Shown: in pieces, positions 51,134 to 61,744 of the stretch
Layout: every line of letters begins with the position of its first letter
How positions within the stretch are numbered: position 1 is the first letter of the stretch
DNA from: Thermoplasmatota archaeon
Lineage (GTDB): Archaea; Thermoplasmatota; Penumbrarchaeia; Penumbrarchaeales; Penumbrarchaeaceae
NCBI GenBank assembly: GCA_965234725.1
Contig: CBDDUX010000003.1
Coordinates: 32,001-96,000, forward strand
DNA length: 64,000 bases
Direction: 5' to 3'
The notes under the pieces: generated by a model
What the model was told of the DNA's origin: nothing
Seen by the model: only the letters and a program-made list of their open reading frames with translations
Database searches by the model: none
Translations under genes and position numbers: made by a program

Positions 51134-53143
51134 TTACTCACCAGATACCTCTAGCCATCTGTATGCTGATCTTGTATAATCCTGGAAATAACCCCTGTCG
51201 AAGGAGTTACCAGTGCAGAGATAGGATACTATCCTATACAATCCTGGTCCACCCTCTTCCTCTTCCAGCATGAAAGATACAGTGAATGTCTTTTTTTCAT
51301 TCGATGATATATTGAAAGAATGATCCAGTGAGGATATATGGTCACCTCTCAGGTTGTAGATATTGATCCCGAGAAATGCCTCCACATCGTCCTCATCGGA
51401 CAATACTGAATATTGATGCTTCAATGTATCCTTGAATCCGTCACCATCCTCGTCGGTTGTGGTGCAGGAAAGAAGGGCAGTATCGAAATGGAGGACTTTT
51501 GGGGCTCCTGCACCTTCGAGATGATCGAAGTACGTTGAAAGCAGAGCCGTCCATGATGTGTCTTTTGCAAACTTCAGATCTGAATAATCATTGTTCTGGT
51601 CCATAACATCCCTGAAATCCGGCGCGTAAATGGATAATCCCCTCAAACCCTCGATGGACCAACCTCCAACCTGAGTTGAATTGAAGTTCAATACAGCATT
51701 GCTGATATCGTCAAGAACGGTCTGTGACAGTTCTCTGATCGAAGATGTTTCCGTCAATTTCTGTATATTCTCAACGAAATCGAATAGATCGACAGCATCC
51801 GAAGTATGTCCCTCCTGTATGGGTTGAGCATACTTTCTTGCTATGTTCATATTATATAGTTCAGCGGACCCTGATTCTGCAATGGTATTTGAAAGTGTAT
51901 TCAAGGACCTTGCAATGGCATCCATTCCCTTCAGATCATAAACCCCCATGCTCATAGAGGTTTTTGAGCCCAGCTTTCCCATTTGGTCCAGATAGTCAAC
52001 CATGAATAGTTCCGAAAGAGAAGCGGGAGAGATGTATGGATCCTGTTTGAGCTTTCCAAGTGTGAGATAATCCCAACCGTATGCAGGCTCGGTGATCTCA
52101 GATCCTACCATAAGGTCGCAATATGGTGAGATCTCATAAGCTACCTCGAATGCAGACATAAGGCATGCATCGAATCCTAGAATATCCAGATCCCTTCCTA
52201 AATGGGAGGTTATCCTATCCAGAGCCCATCCCAGCTGGTCAATTTTCATGACCTCCTCCTCCTCAAGACTCTGTTCCCAACAGATCCCATCGGTTCCCGA
52301 ACCATGGTTCCATAGGATAAGGGCATTATGATCGGCAGGGTAATTATCCATGGACCAAGTAGCAAAATCCACAAGTTCCTCGGGGTCGGCCGAATCGATC
52401 TCGCCGATATCACTTAACTCCTCTGATGTGATCATTTCACTATCATCATCAAGGTCGATCCTGAACCTCTTTGCAGTTGTCCAATTGCCGTCGGTCCTAT
52501 CATCTTTGGGTGACAGGCTCTCCCATCTATCCAGTTGTACTATAATATTCACAAGGGAAGAAGATCCGATCGACTCCAGCTCATTGATATCTTTCAAAGC
52601 CCAGGATTCAAGATCACAATCGCTCATATAGATCATGAATGTCCATTTGGGAGGGGGTCGATAGACCTTCTCAAATGAGATACTGTCAGAGATATAATCA
52701 GCCTTTTCAGCCGTGATATTTACATTGAAGGTGCCCTCATCATTAAAAGAAGGCAATTCCACAAGTACCTCGAAATTACCATTGGGATCTGAAACAGACC
52801 TGAATTTTTTATCGGAGATACCAGGTATACTCACAGCGACTGATGCGCCATCGATGTCTGCACCCTTTTGGGTCTTGACCTCTCCGGAAAAGGTCATTCT
52901 TGAACCTGAGATCAGCAAGTCAGGACCATCTTTGATGGTAAGAACGAGTTCGGTGTTCTTCTCCTTTCCATCATCTCTTGACGATCCTTGATCATTTATA
53001 TCATAGACAATGTAATAAAAACCAGGGATCGTGAGAAGAAGGAACATCAGAAGTATGACCACTATGACATATAATGCTCTGGATGGAGATCTGGCCTTGA
53101 CCTCAATGGCTCTAATGCTCCTTCCGGTATATCCATTGGTCAT
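51134..53143 (-). CDS. Clostripain-like C11 cysteine peptidase, N-terminally membrane-anchored
   Basis: WTFMIYM..DLE..A..DINELE, LILWNHG.G, ILGFDACLM, SEITEP..GWDY; start ATG 53143. Confidence 0.88.
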   Translation of the reverse strand: MTNGYTGRSIRAIEVKARSPSRALYVIVVILLMFLLLTIPGFYYIVYDINDQGSSRDDGKEKNTELVLTIKDGPDLLISGSRMTFSGEVKTQKGADIDGASVAVSIPGISDKKFRSVSDPNGNFEVLVELPSFNDEGTFNVNITAEKADYISDSISFEKVYRPPPKWTFMIYMSDCDLESWALKDINELESIGSSSLVNIIVQLDRWESLSPKDDRTDGNWTTAKRFRIDLDDDSEMITSEELSDIGEIDSADPEELVDFATWSMDNYPADHNALILWNHGSGTDGICWEQSLEEEEVMKIDQLGWALDRITSHLGRDLDILGFDACLMSAFEVAYEISPYCDLMVGSEITEPAYGWDYLTLGKLKQDPYISPASLSELFMVDYLDQMGKLGSKTSMSMGVYDLKGMDAIARSLNTLSNTIAESGSAELYNMNIARKYAQPIQEGHTSDAVDLFDFVENIQKLTETSSIRELSQTVLDDISNAVLNFNSTQVGGWSIEGLRGLSIYAPDFRDVMDQNNDYSDLKFAKDTSWTALLSTYFDHLEGAGAPKVLHFDTALLSCTTTDEDGDGFKDTLKHQYSVLSDEDDVEAFLGINIYNLRGDHISSLDHSFNISSNEKKTFTVSFMLEEEEGGPGLYRIVSYLCTGNSFDRGYFQDYTRSAYRWLEVSGE

Positions 53144-53246
53144 ATTGGGCCTACCCAGGAGATCAAAGATCATCCCGAAGAAAAAATCAGTTGTTGGACA
53201 CTTAAAGGTTTCCGTCAAACGTTCAAAATGTGAGTCAACCAACATG

Positions 53247-54716
53247 TCATATCCTGTGGCGTCTGTTGATCTTTGCATCCTTTGATGTGGTCCAAAAAAT
53301 CGAAATGAAGAAATAGGATATTACTGCAAGCAGTAAAGAGGATACTATGATGGGAATGAATAATAATTCATTCTCGTTCCAACCTAGTCCATTGAAGATA
53401 TCCAAAGCTATGATCATCGATCCTGTAAGGAATAGCAGGGTCTTTCCGAGTTTCATACTCCAGAAGAACGGGATGAAGGCAAGTATTATGATATAGTATC
53501 CCGAATGGATCTTGGGAAATATCATTAAGAATAATAGTATGAAGAGCATAGAAGTGTTCAGAGTCCCAAATTCCCTTCTGAACGATAAAAGTAGGAGAAG
53601 GGATCCCAGAAGGACAATAACAGCCGTATTGATGAAAGGATAATAGCCGATCTCCCCGAGATACCTCCAGAGGGAGATCCCCTGAAGCTGACCTCCTGAG
53701 TCTCCGGTGAAGTAGAGTTTGGCAAATGTAGCTACACCGTCAGGTGAAAGATAAGTTACAGGAGCAAGGAAGGCTGCAAGGACGACCAAGGCAAAGATGG
53801 ATTTGAAGATCCTCTTGATCAATTTTTCTCTTTCGGATAACAAACCAGGCATCATCAGGAGGTGAAAGACCTTCGTTGCCATCCCGATCCCAATGAGCAT
53901 TGAAGCCCATGCTCCTCTTTTTCGTACGATGGCATGCACCGTCAGGACGAATAGGAATGCCACAATGATATCGTCCTGGACGGCACCGACCGTTGAATAG
54001 ATGGTCAAGGGATTGAGAACAAAAAGGGAACCATATACCACTGATCTCCATTTGCCATCAGGCCAGAATGTTCTCATCACCATGAAGGCTGACATCAGGG
54101 CAAAGAGGGCAAAGTATGTCCTGAATACGATGAATGATCCCCCCAGAAGTGCAGGGAGGATCCAGAATATATTGATCAATGGTGGATTTAGGGTAGGGAC
54201 ATCTTTGTAGATCATCCTGCCTTCGAGCAGGGTCTCTCCTCTGTCTTTGTAGAATGGAGCATCTGTCTCCTTCTTATATACCTCGATCTTCCAGGTTGTG
54301 TTCCTACCTTCCTCTCTTATCTTCTTCACATCACCATCAAGAAGCTTCCAGGTCCGGTTGTCATCATAAGGAGAAGAGGTATAGAGCTTGGTATGGTTCA
54401 CCAGTTCGAGTCTGATGGGAATATAACCACGGGGAGTAAGGACTCGAACATCGCTCCCATTTAAACCGAATTCAATGAAAAGCATGGTGTCGTTGGTTAT
54501 TTCACTATATTCCCAGACATCATCACTTGTGGCAAATAGATCATCCGGTCCTATGGTGACTGTGTAGTGGTCTTCCTGGAAATTCAGACCGGTATATACC
54601 AGTAAAGGTACATAGAATACAAGCCAGGCAGTAAAAATGGTGATAAAGGGATGGAGGGCAAGAGACTCTATCAACTTCCTCTTCAAAGGATGTTTGTTCC
54701 TTGCCCCTCCAGCCAT
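53247..54716 (-). CDS. GT-C fold membrane glycosyltransferase (GT87/PIG-M-like)
   Basis: YKDVPTLNPPL, LNPL.I..T...QDDI, G.ATK.F; many TMs. Confidence 0.7.
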   Translation of the reverse strand: MAGGARNKHPLKRKLIESLALHPFITIFTAWLVFYVPLLVYTGLNFQEDHYTVTIGPDDLFATSDDVWEYSEITNDTMLFIEFGLNGSDVRVLTPRGYIPIRLELVNHTKLYTSSPYDDNRTWKLLDGDVKKIREEGRNTTWKIEVYKKETDAPFYKDRGETLLEGRMIYKDVPTLNPPLINIFWILPALLGGSFIVFRTYFALFALMSAFMVMRTFWPDGKWRSVVYGSLFVLNPLTIYSTVGAVQDDIIVAFLFVLTVHAIVRKRGAWASMLIGIGMATKVFHLLMMPGLLSEREKLIKRIFKSIFALVVLAAFLAPVTYLSPDGVATFAKLYFTGDSGGQLQGISLWRYLGEIGYYPFINTAVIVLLGSLLLLLSFRREFGTLNTSMLFILLFLMIFPKIHSGYYIIILAFIPFFWSMKLGKTLLFLTGSMIIALDIFNGLGWNENELLFIPIIVSSLLLAVISYFFISIFWTTSKDAKINRRHRI

Positions 54717-54766
54717 GGTCCCGGATGTATATTAACGGATATTTTTACCTTTTTACAAGATCGCTT

Positions 54767-55924
54767 TCAACTATCGGATGAAAGTAGGAATTCCTTGCCC
54801 ATCCTTTTAATACCATATTTTTCCTCGATATCCTTGAATTTCTCTAAGAGACGTGTCTTGTCTCCCATAGTGAGATATTTGTTTGCCAGAGGGAAATAAT
54901 ATTCCTCTTCCCTTTTAAGGTGCTCCCTCAAGATCTTGATATATCTTTTTAGAGCCCTTTTTAGCGCTATATGTTTCATGGAGGATCCGATTGACTTCCC
55001 AATAATGGCTGTTACTCCGCTTCCACAATCCGGACATTCTCCTTTGAAAGAGTAGTTACCAGTTTCCATCTGGAAGATCGTAGGTTCTTTCATGATGACT
55101 TTTTCCTTGCATTTCAGACAGTAGGCTGGAAAATCATCTATATGTTCCATTATATTGTAATCCTTGCTGGCTTCAGGGTCTTTATCAAGGCTCTCCTTGT
55201 AGCTTGTGAACAATTCCTTTATCTCTTCAACCACTGTTTCGAGTTTGACATGTTCTTCTTCGATCAACTTCGATGATGATTCCTTCAGGGTCTGATTCAC
55301 CTCTGACTGGGATTTTATCAATCTATCCATAAAGGCAATCGAGTACTCGTTCTCCTTATCCTGATGTATGCTGGTTTCGAGTACAAAAGATCTTCCTGAA
55401 AGCCAGTCCACCAATTTGTTCTTCGCTTCCTGATCGACCCTTTCGATCAGCTCCTCGAGCTTCTTTGCCTGAAACCTTAGGATACCGTGTTCGTCAAGCA
55501 GGTTTTCAACAGGGTCTGTTTCGCTCTTTTCAACCTCTTCAGGAAGTTCTAGGAAATAATCTATTGCTGTCTCCAACCTCTCCATGATAGTGCTCCTATC
55601 GTATGGTTTGGTGAGTAGATCATTGGCTCCCATCTCCGTGGCGTTCATTATATCATATCTACCACCCCTATCACCAGTGATGATGATATAGCAATCCCTG
55701 TTATTGTGGTGGTTGAGCTCCCTGATCTTGGTGGCCAGTTCAAGTCCATCGATGCTGGGGAGGTTCCAATCTAAAAATAAGATGGATATCTCCTCATCTT
55801 TTTTATATGCCGTTAGGACCTCTCCACCTGAATCAAGGATGATGGGATCGTGTTCCTGTGTCCTCAAAGTGTTGGCAATCATCGTCCTGTAAGCCTCATT
55901 CTCATCAGCTATGATAACCTTCAT
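54767..55924 (-). CDS. Response regulator: receiver + hemerythrin-like (HHE) domain with CxxC-CxxC zinc-ribbon insertion (paralog 2)
   Basis: IADE..LFLDWNLP..DG..IITG..TKP; DEH, HQDKE, EEH, HLKREE..YFP; AYCLKC...GECPDCG; start ATG 55924. Confidence 0.82.
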   Translation of the reverse strand: MKVIIADENEAYRTMIANTLRTQEHDPIILDSGGEVLTAYKKDEEISILFLDWNLPSIDGLELATKIRELNHHNNRDCYIIITGDRGGRYDIMNATEMGANDLLTKPYDRSTIMERLETAIDYFLELPEEVEKSETDPVENLLDEHGILRFQAKKLEELIERVDQEAKNKLVDWLSGRSFVLETSIHQDKENEYSIAFMDRLIKSQSEVNQTLKESSSKLIEEEHVKLETVVEEIKELFTSYKESLDKDPEASKDYNIMEHIDDFPAYCLKCKEKVIMKEPTIFQMETGNYSFKGECPDCGSGVTAIIGKSIGSSMKHIALKRALKRYIKILREHLKREEEYYFPLANKYLTMGDKTRLLEKFKDIEEKYGIKRMGKEFLLSSDS

Positions 55925-56114
55925 AATCAGTCCCCTTTTATTTTTCCACAAAAGATTTTTGTGTATTTAAGGGATTGCCTTGAAATAAATGAGGAATAAT
56001 TGGCAATGCAAGAAAAACTGAATAAGGCAATTTCATCTAAACCGGATGACTTGTATTCAAGCCAATATTGGACCTCAATGTGAAATAAGATCGGATCAAA
56101 TATTCATCGATCGA

Positions 56115-57272
56115 TCAATTTGAAGGGGAAAGAAGAAAATCCTTCCCCATCCTGTGAATACCAAATTCATCCTCTATCTTTTTGAATTCTTCAAGGAGCC
56201 TTGTCTTATCCCCGCTTGTAAGGTACCTATTGGCTAGGGGGAAGTAAAGGTCCTCCTCTCTTTTCAGGTGATCCTTAAGGATATTGAGGTATTTTTTTAG
56301 CGATCTCTTCAGCGCTGCATGTTTCATTATGGCTCCTATGGATTTTCCAATAATGGAGGTGACCCCGCCATTACAATCAGGACAGTTCCCTTTGAAAGCA
56401 TAATTCCCTGTCTCCAACTGGAAAATGGATGGTTCCACCATTACTACTTTATTCTGGCATTTAAGGCAAAATGCAGGATAATCATTCACATGCTTCAAAA
56501 TATTGTAATTTTCTGGAAGTTCCTGCGGGGAATCAAGACTCTCTTTGTAGCTGTTGAACCTGTCCTTCACCTCAGAAACGATCGTATCCAGCTTGTTATG
56601 TTCACTCTCCACCCATTGGGAGGATGATTCGGATAGGGCTTGATTCTCTTCCCCGTGGGCATTCATCAACCTTTCCATGAAAGCTACAGAGAACTCGTGT
56701 TCCTTGTCCTGGTGTACTTTAGTCTCAAGGACAAATATCCTTCCCCCCATCCAGTTTATGAGCTTACTAGGTGCCTCTTCATCCACACTGTCAAGCAGGT
56801 CTTCCAACTTGTCTGCTTGGAATCTTAAGATCCCATGTTCGTCCATTAGATGCTCTACAGGATCCTTCTCGGTCTTTTCGACCTCATCAGGCAGCTCAAG
56901 AAAATGATCGATAGCGGTCTTCATTCTGTCAGCTATGATATTGCTGTCATATGGTTTGGTAATGAGGTCATTCGCTCCCATCTCCATTGCATTCATTATA
57001 TCATACCTTCCACCCTTTTCCCCTGTTATGATTATATAACAATCCCTGTTCATGTGGAAATTGAGGTATCTTATCTTTGTTGCAAGTTCCAATCCATCCG
57101 TTCCTGGGAGGTTCCAGTCCAAAAATAGGATATTGATATCATCATCCTTTTCATATGCATCCAGGACATTTTGGGCTGAATCCAATACAATTGGTTCATG
57201 GTCCTGTCTCCTTAGTGTATTTATTAACATGGTCCTGTAAACCTCATTTCCATCGGCTACTATAACTTTCAT
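56115..57272 (-). CDS. Response regulator: receiver + hemerythrin-like (HHE) domain with zinc-ribbon insertion (paralog 1)
   Basis: Collinear paralog of 54767-55924; LFLDWNLP, DEH, HQDKE, SEH, HLKREE; AFCLKC...GNCPDC. Confidence 0.82.
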   Translation of the reverse strand: MKVIVADGNEVYRTMLINTLRRQDHEPIVLDSAQNVLDAYEKDDDINILFLDWNLPGTDGLELATKIRYLNFHMNRDCYIIITGEKGGRYDIMNAMEMGANDLITKPYDSNIIADRMKTAIDHFLELPDEVEKTEKDPVEHLMDEHGILRFQADKLEDLLDSVDEEAPSKLINWMGGRIFVLETKVHQDKEHEFSVAFMERLMNAHGEENQALSESSSQWVESEHNKLDTIVSEVKDRFNSYKESLDSPQELPENYNILKHVNDYPAFCLKCQNKVVMVEPSIFQLETGNYAFKGNCPDCNGGVTSIIGKSIGAIMKHAALKRSLKKYLNILKDHLKREEDLYFPLANRYLTSGDKTRLLEEFKKIEDEFGIHRMGKDFLLSPSN

Positions 57273-57363
57273 ATTCCTGCCACCTTTAAATATAAAAATG
57301 AGGGGATTGCGTATATAAGTGAATGTATAGATAACCTACAACAAGTAGTATATCATTTCAATA

Positions 57364-59262
57364 TTAACCAACGAATTTCGGCCTTTTCGACAGCAAGATA
57401 GGCATACATAGGATATCGAAAGGAAGTCCTCTTTGTTTTGTTCTGAATTCGTCCCTTAGCTCTTCTTTTGTCATCTGGACCTGAGGCTTACCCGGTTCTC
57501 TCTTTCTTATTGTCAGGATGCCGGATTCCTTCTCCTTATCACCAATGACTGCAATATACGGGATCCATTCTTTTTCGGCATCCCTCATCTTTCTTCCCAC
57601 TGTCCTGTCCGTATCTTCAATATCTACCCTTACTCCAGAGAAATCCTCCACAAGGTCCAAGCAGGATTGAAGGTGTTCTTCGCTGACAGGGATCAATCTC
57701 AACTGTGTAGGAGAGAGCCAATAGGGAAGTTTCGTGGGTTCCCCCTTCAAAGAATCCAGATGCGCCTTTTCAAGAAGAGCATATATCTTTCTTTCAATGG
57801 CTCCGGAAGGAGAGAGATGGAGTATGTACGGATACTGATCCTTACCTTCCTGGTCAGTGTATGTTATTCCGTACCTTTCACCATTTTCCACATCTATCTG
57901 ATCAGTGGTAAGGGCCGAGCCTTTCCCCATTGCATCGATGAAATTGAACTCATACTTTAAGAGGAAGTAGAAGAACCTCTCCTTCCACATCTCAACAACC
58001 ACAGGGGTACCATAAGCCTTGACCATTTCCTTAACGAAATCCATGTTCTCCTCGTAGAAGTCCTTGGTGACCCTGATGGCCATCTGAAGCCCCTCCGGCA
58101 CCTTGAATCCCGTTTCTGAGAGGATCGATCTGGCAAGATGGAATCTAACCATCATCTCCTCCTTGGCCTGTTCCATTCCAGCACAGAATGCATGACAATC
58201 GGGCATAGTAAAGGCTCTAAGTCTTCTAAGACCGGCAAGCTCACCCCTCTGTTCCACTCTGAAGCTGTACCTCGTAAGTTCGTAAAGTCTGACAGGCATC
58301 TGTTTGTATGACATGGTGGCGTCATGGGCCATGAGGAACTGTCCGAAGCAGGCAGCGAACCTCAGGAAGACCTTCTTGTCAGGTGTATCTATGGTATATT
58401 GTCTTGCGGGGAATCTATGCATGTACGACTTCAGGGAGGGATGCTCAAAATCATACATTATGGGGGATTCTATCTCCATACCGCCATATTCCTTCACCCT
58501 TTTGGTCACATATCTCTCAAGCAGGGATTTCATGAGCCTCCCCTTGGGGTAGAACCTGAGATTTCCAGGGTCCGAACCCGGTTCGTAATCTGCCAATTCG
58601 AGCGCCCTCATGTATTTGACATGAGGTGGCTCCTCGGAAACCGCCCTTGATTTGGCTATCTCGTAATGGAGGAACCTCTCCAGGTCCTGATGACCTTTGA
58701 AGTCAAATCCCTCGATCTTACCTTCTTGGTCCCTTACCGGATGAAGTAATCCTTCGGTATCCAGGACGAACCATTCCGACCTGGCAGTTTCTTCACTTTT
58801 TAGTGCTTTGGAGACCTCTTCTTTCTTCTTTCTACCTTCAAGCCACGGTCTAATTTCCCTTGAAAGTTCTGATAATGGGTGGCCTTTACATGATATCTCA
58901 AAAGCCTTGTACCATCCAAATGGTGATCGGGTAACCTCGATCTCCTGACCGGAAAGCCGTTCTTCAAGCATTTTAAGGATCGAAATAGCATCAGTTGCTT
59001 TTGCCAGGTCTGATGATAGATGAGCGTAGGGATAGATCATTACCCTGCCTGTGTTGACCTTTGATAGCATATCTTCGATGGCTGATGCAGCTCCTTCGAT
59101 CACATCGTCAAGGAATTCACCATCCTTAGATTCGACGGTGCAGAAGGCGACAAGGCATTCTTCCATTCGTTGAAAATCCTTCAAACCTTCTTCAGCAAGA
59201 CCCTTTATTGCCTTTGTCACCTTGTATTCCATGTGGTCCGAATGGATAAGAAGCAGTTTCAT
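57364..59262 (-). CDS. thrS: Threonine--tRNA ligase, archaeal type
   Basis: Archaeal editing domain MKLLLIHSD, YPYAHLS, PFGWYKAF...CKGHPLSELSR; LRFAACFGQF; RLRAFTMPDCH. Confidence 0.96.
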   Translation of the reverse strand: MKLLLIHSDHMEYKVTKAIKGLAEEGLKDFQRMEECLVAFCTVESKDGEFLDDVIEGAASAIEDMLSKVNTGRVMIYPYAHLSSDLAKATDAISILKMLEERLSGQEIEVTRSPFGWYKAFEISCKGHPLSELSREIRPWLEGRKKKEEVSKALKSEETARSEWFVLDTEGLLHPVRDQEGKIEGFDFKGHQDLERFLHYEIAKSRAVSEEPPHVKYMRALELADYEPGSDPGNLRFYPKGRLMKSLLERYVTKRVKEYGGMEIESPIMYDFEHPSLKSYMHRFPARQYTIDTPDKKVFLRFAACFGQFLMAHDATMSYKQMPVRLYELTRYSFRVEQRGELAGLRRLRAFTMPDCHAFCAGMEQAKEEMMVRFHLARSILSETGFKVPEGLQMAIRVTKDFYEENMDFVKEMVKAYGTPVVVEMWKERFFYFLLKYEFNFIDAMGKGSALTTDQIDVENGERYGITYTDQEGKDQYPYILHLSPSGAIERKIYALLEKAHLDSLKGEPTKLPYWLSPTQLRLIPVSEEHLQSCLDLVEDFSGVRVDIEDTDRTVGRKMRDAEKEWIPYIAVIGDKEKESGILTIRKREPGKPQVQMTKEELRDEFRTKQRGLPFDILCMPILLSKRPKFVG

Positions 59263-59318
59263 GAAACTCCCCATAGCCCGTCAAGGTGAGGGATTACTTA
59301 ACGATATCGAATCCACAT

Positions 59319-61625
59319 TTAGAGTTTTAGAGGAAGGAACTCTTCGCAATAGCGTCTACTGATCTCTACCAGATACTCAGCTGGTACGATGTCCCCTGAG
59401 GAGAAACTTTTCTGGGCTTTTGTATACATTGTTAAAGGTTCGGTGATATCCATTCCCTGTTCTTTTCTCTTATAGATCTCGAACTTACATTCTGTAAGTT
59501 CAGTTTCCACCAACCCCTTTCTATCTTCTGGAAGGATAAGTCCTGAAAATTTATCAGTAAGGTTCCTGTAACTATCCATAGCTTTTCTGTATCTTCCCAG
59601 TTCTTCCATTTTCCGCAACAGGGGAATATATTTGTTCCTGATGTGGAATATTATTGGTTGATCACGGTGCCTGTCCATGACCGCCTCGAGAGAATCCCTG
59701 TGTATGGATGTGAACGTTTTCATGAAATCCTGATTCTCCCTGACCATCTTCCTCATGTCATGAACGATCTTATCCAACTGTTTGAGGCCTTCTGACCTGG
59801 CTTCTTCCTTGAGAAGGTTCTTCGCTTTCCTCACCCTCCGTTCGATATCCATTGTTCCAAGGTTCAGGTTCTTCATTCTCAGAAGAAGGATCCTTATCTC
59901 GATCATTCCATTGACGATCCTCCTTGACCTTTCGACACTGAGGGTCTTGGCCTTTGAACGGAGTTCTTTTAAAAGAACCGCTCCATCCTCTTTCACTTTT
60001 TCATGATCGCCTGATCCATAAGCTGTCTTTATTGATTCGAATGTGGATTGGAAGACCTCATGGTCCTCCAGTTCATTTGCATGGACCATCAGTCCTTCGA
60101 TCTCCTCGATCAGGGATTTGACCTCGATCTCATTCTTGACATGTTCAAGGGAGCTGAGCTCCTTTTCAAGATCTTCTCCGATCACAAGTACATCTTCGAA
60201 CCTTCCATTCTTGATATATCCTTTCAGGAAAGTTAGTTTCTTTTTTGCATCGGTAAGATCATGTTCACTCCCCTCGAGTCTTTTGACCCTGTTGGACAAT
60301 CTGATCTCGATCTCCTTTGCTTCGGAATAGGATTCTACTCTTCTCTTGACATCATCCAATGAACTTGTTATCTGTTCAAGCACCTTTCCAGCACTGGTAT
60401 TATCTCTCCTTTTTATCAACTGTTCAGCCGATTCAAGGATGGAGATGAGCTCATTGATGTCATCTTGGAGAATATTCTTCTCCATTAGTCTCTCGAGTTC
60501 ATGTTTGATATCTTTTGCCCTTTCCTTGATCATGATACTATCCGGTTCCGTTAGATCGATAATAACGTTCATTACTTTCTTTGAAAGCAGGTTTGCTTTC
60601 TCGTACTCATTGGTGAGAAATGCCTTCATAGCATTGTCAATGTCCTTCTTCAGATCATCAATTATTGAGGGGGTGTCGATCTTATCACTCTTTTCAAGGT
60701 CTTCAACCATCTCCTTGGCCTTGTAGAGAGTATTCTGTATGCGGTTCTCTAGGTCATCCTGTGCCTGGATCTTGATAGTTTTCAAACCTTCCAAGGCTAC
60801 CTGATGAGCTTTGTGGAACCTTTTTTCCTTGAAAAGCTCCATAGCTTCAAGACATCTATCTTTTACAGTATTGAACTCCTCTTGAGACAGATCCGCACTT
60901 TCTATGAGGGAGTTCAATTTCTCCAGTGAGTTCTTAGCCTTCTTCTGTAAAAGATCGATCCCTCCTGCCAGGTCGGGATCAAGTACCTTTGTCTCAGTAT
61001 CCTCAAAGGATATCTCAGGTATCTCCTTTTCGATCGGAGCTGAGATGCCGAGTCTTGACATGATGGGAGAGAACTCCTTCTTCATAAGATCAGAAAGGGA
61101 TCCCATTGACATTGCCATTTTGAAAAGGTCCATTGCGGCCTCCTCTTCACCCTTGTTGAGTTTGATCTCGATCAATTTCTTCAAGTTGATAAGTATGTTT
61201 TCCGCTTCACCGGCATAATGTCCCATCAGGTCCGCCTCAATATCGGGGTGGATGCCTCCTTCACTTACCTCATTGTAGGGAGATTCAGTCTGAAGGTAGA
61301 TATGGTCCTCAATAGAATCAAATCCTCCCCTCATGTCGTCATCTTCCAGATCTCCTCCATCCTCTACATCATCGTGGAAAAGTAGCTTTTCCATTTTTGA
61401 TCTCTCGATCTTTTCGATCCTATCAATGGAGTCCATGACCCCATCAACCCTTTCAGAGAAATCTGAGAAATGAGATTCAACTTCCTCCTCTAGTACACCG
61501 GTGCTTTCTATCTTCTTCATCAATGCATCAAGGAGGTCCTGCTCCTCATCATCCGTATCTTGGATGACCTCCATATCTTCCAAAGCATCTCCGGAAGGAC
61601 CTTTTTCCTTCTTTTCCCCTGACAA
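59319..61625 (-). CDS. Hypothetical large acidic alpha-helical/coiled-coil protein
   Basis: 768-aa ORF; D/E-rich N-terminus followed by repeated helical segments; no catalytic motif seen. Confidence 0.7.
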   Translation of the reverse strand: MSGEKKEKGPSGDALEDMEVIQDTDDEEQDLLDALMKKIESTGVLEEEVESHFSDFSERVDGVMDSIDRIEKIERSKMEKLLFHDDVEDGGDLEDDDMRGGFDSIEDHIYLQTESPYNEVSEGGIHPDIEADLMGHYAGEAENILINLKKLIEIKLNKGEEEAAMDLFKMAMSMGSLSDLMKKEFSPIMSRLGISAPIEKEIPEISFEDTETKVLDPDLAGGIDLLQKKAKNSLEKLNSLIESADLSQEEFNTVKDRCLEAMELFKEKRFHKAHQVALEGLKTIKIQAQDDLENRIQNTLYKAKEMVEDLEKSDKIDTPSIIDDLKKDIDNAMKAFLTNEYEKANLLSKKVMNVIIDLTEPDSIMIKERAKDIKHELERLMEKNILQDDINELISILESAEQLIKRRDNTSAGKVLEQITSSLDDVKRRVESYSEAKEIEIRLSNRVKRLEGSEHDLTDAKKKLTFLKGYIKNGRFEDVLVIGEDLEKELSSLEHVKNEIEVKSLIEEIEGLMVHANELEDHEVFQSTFESIKTAYGSGDHEKVKEDGAVLLKELRSKAKTLSVERSRRIVNGMIEIRILLLRMKNLNLGTMDIERRVRKAKNLLKEEARSEGLKQLDKIVHDMRKMVRENQDFMKTFTSIHRDSLEAVMDRHRDQPIIFHIRNKYIPLLRKMEELGRYRKAMDSYRNLTDKFSGLILPEDRKGLVETELTECKFEIYKRKEQGMDITEPLTMYTKAQKSFSSGDIVPAEYLVEISRRYCEEFLPLKL

Positions 61626-61744
61626 TTCATACCACCTACCGGGACGATCTCATTTCCGCACTTCCATTTGGTACTGTAACAATATAATCTTTTCCTTGAT
61701 AATAGTTGAATTGATATATGATTTAACATGGGATTATCATGGTC

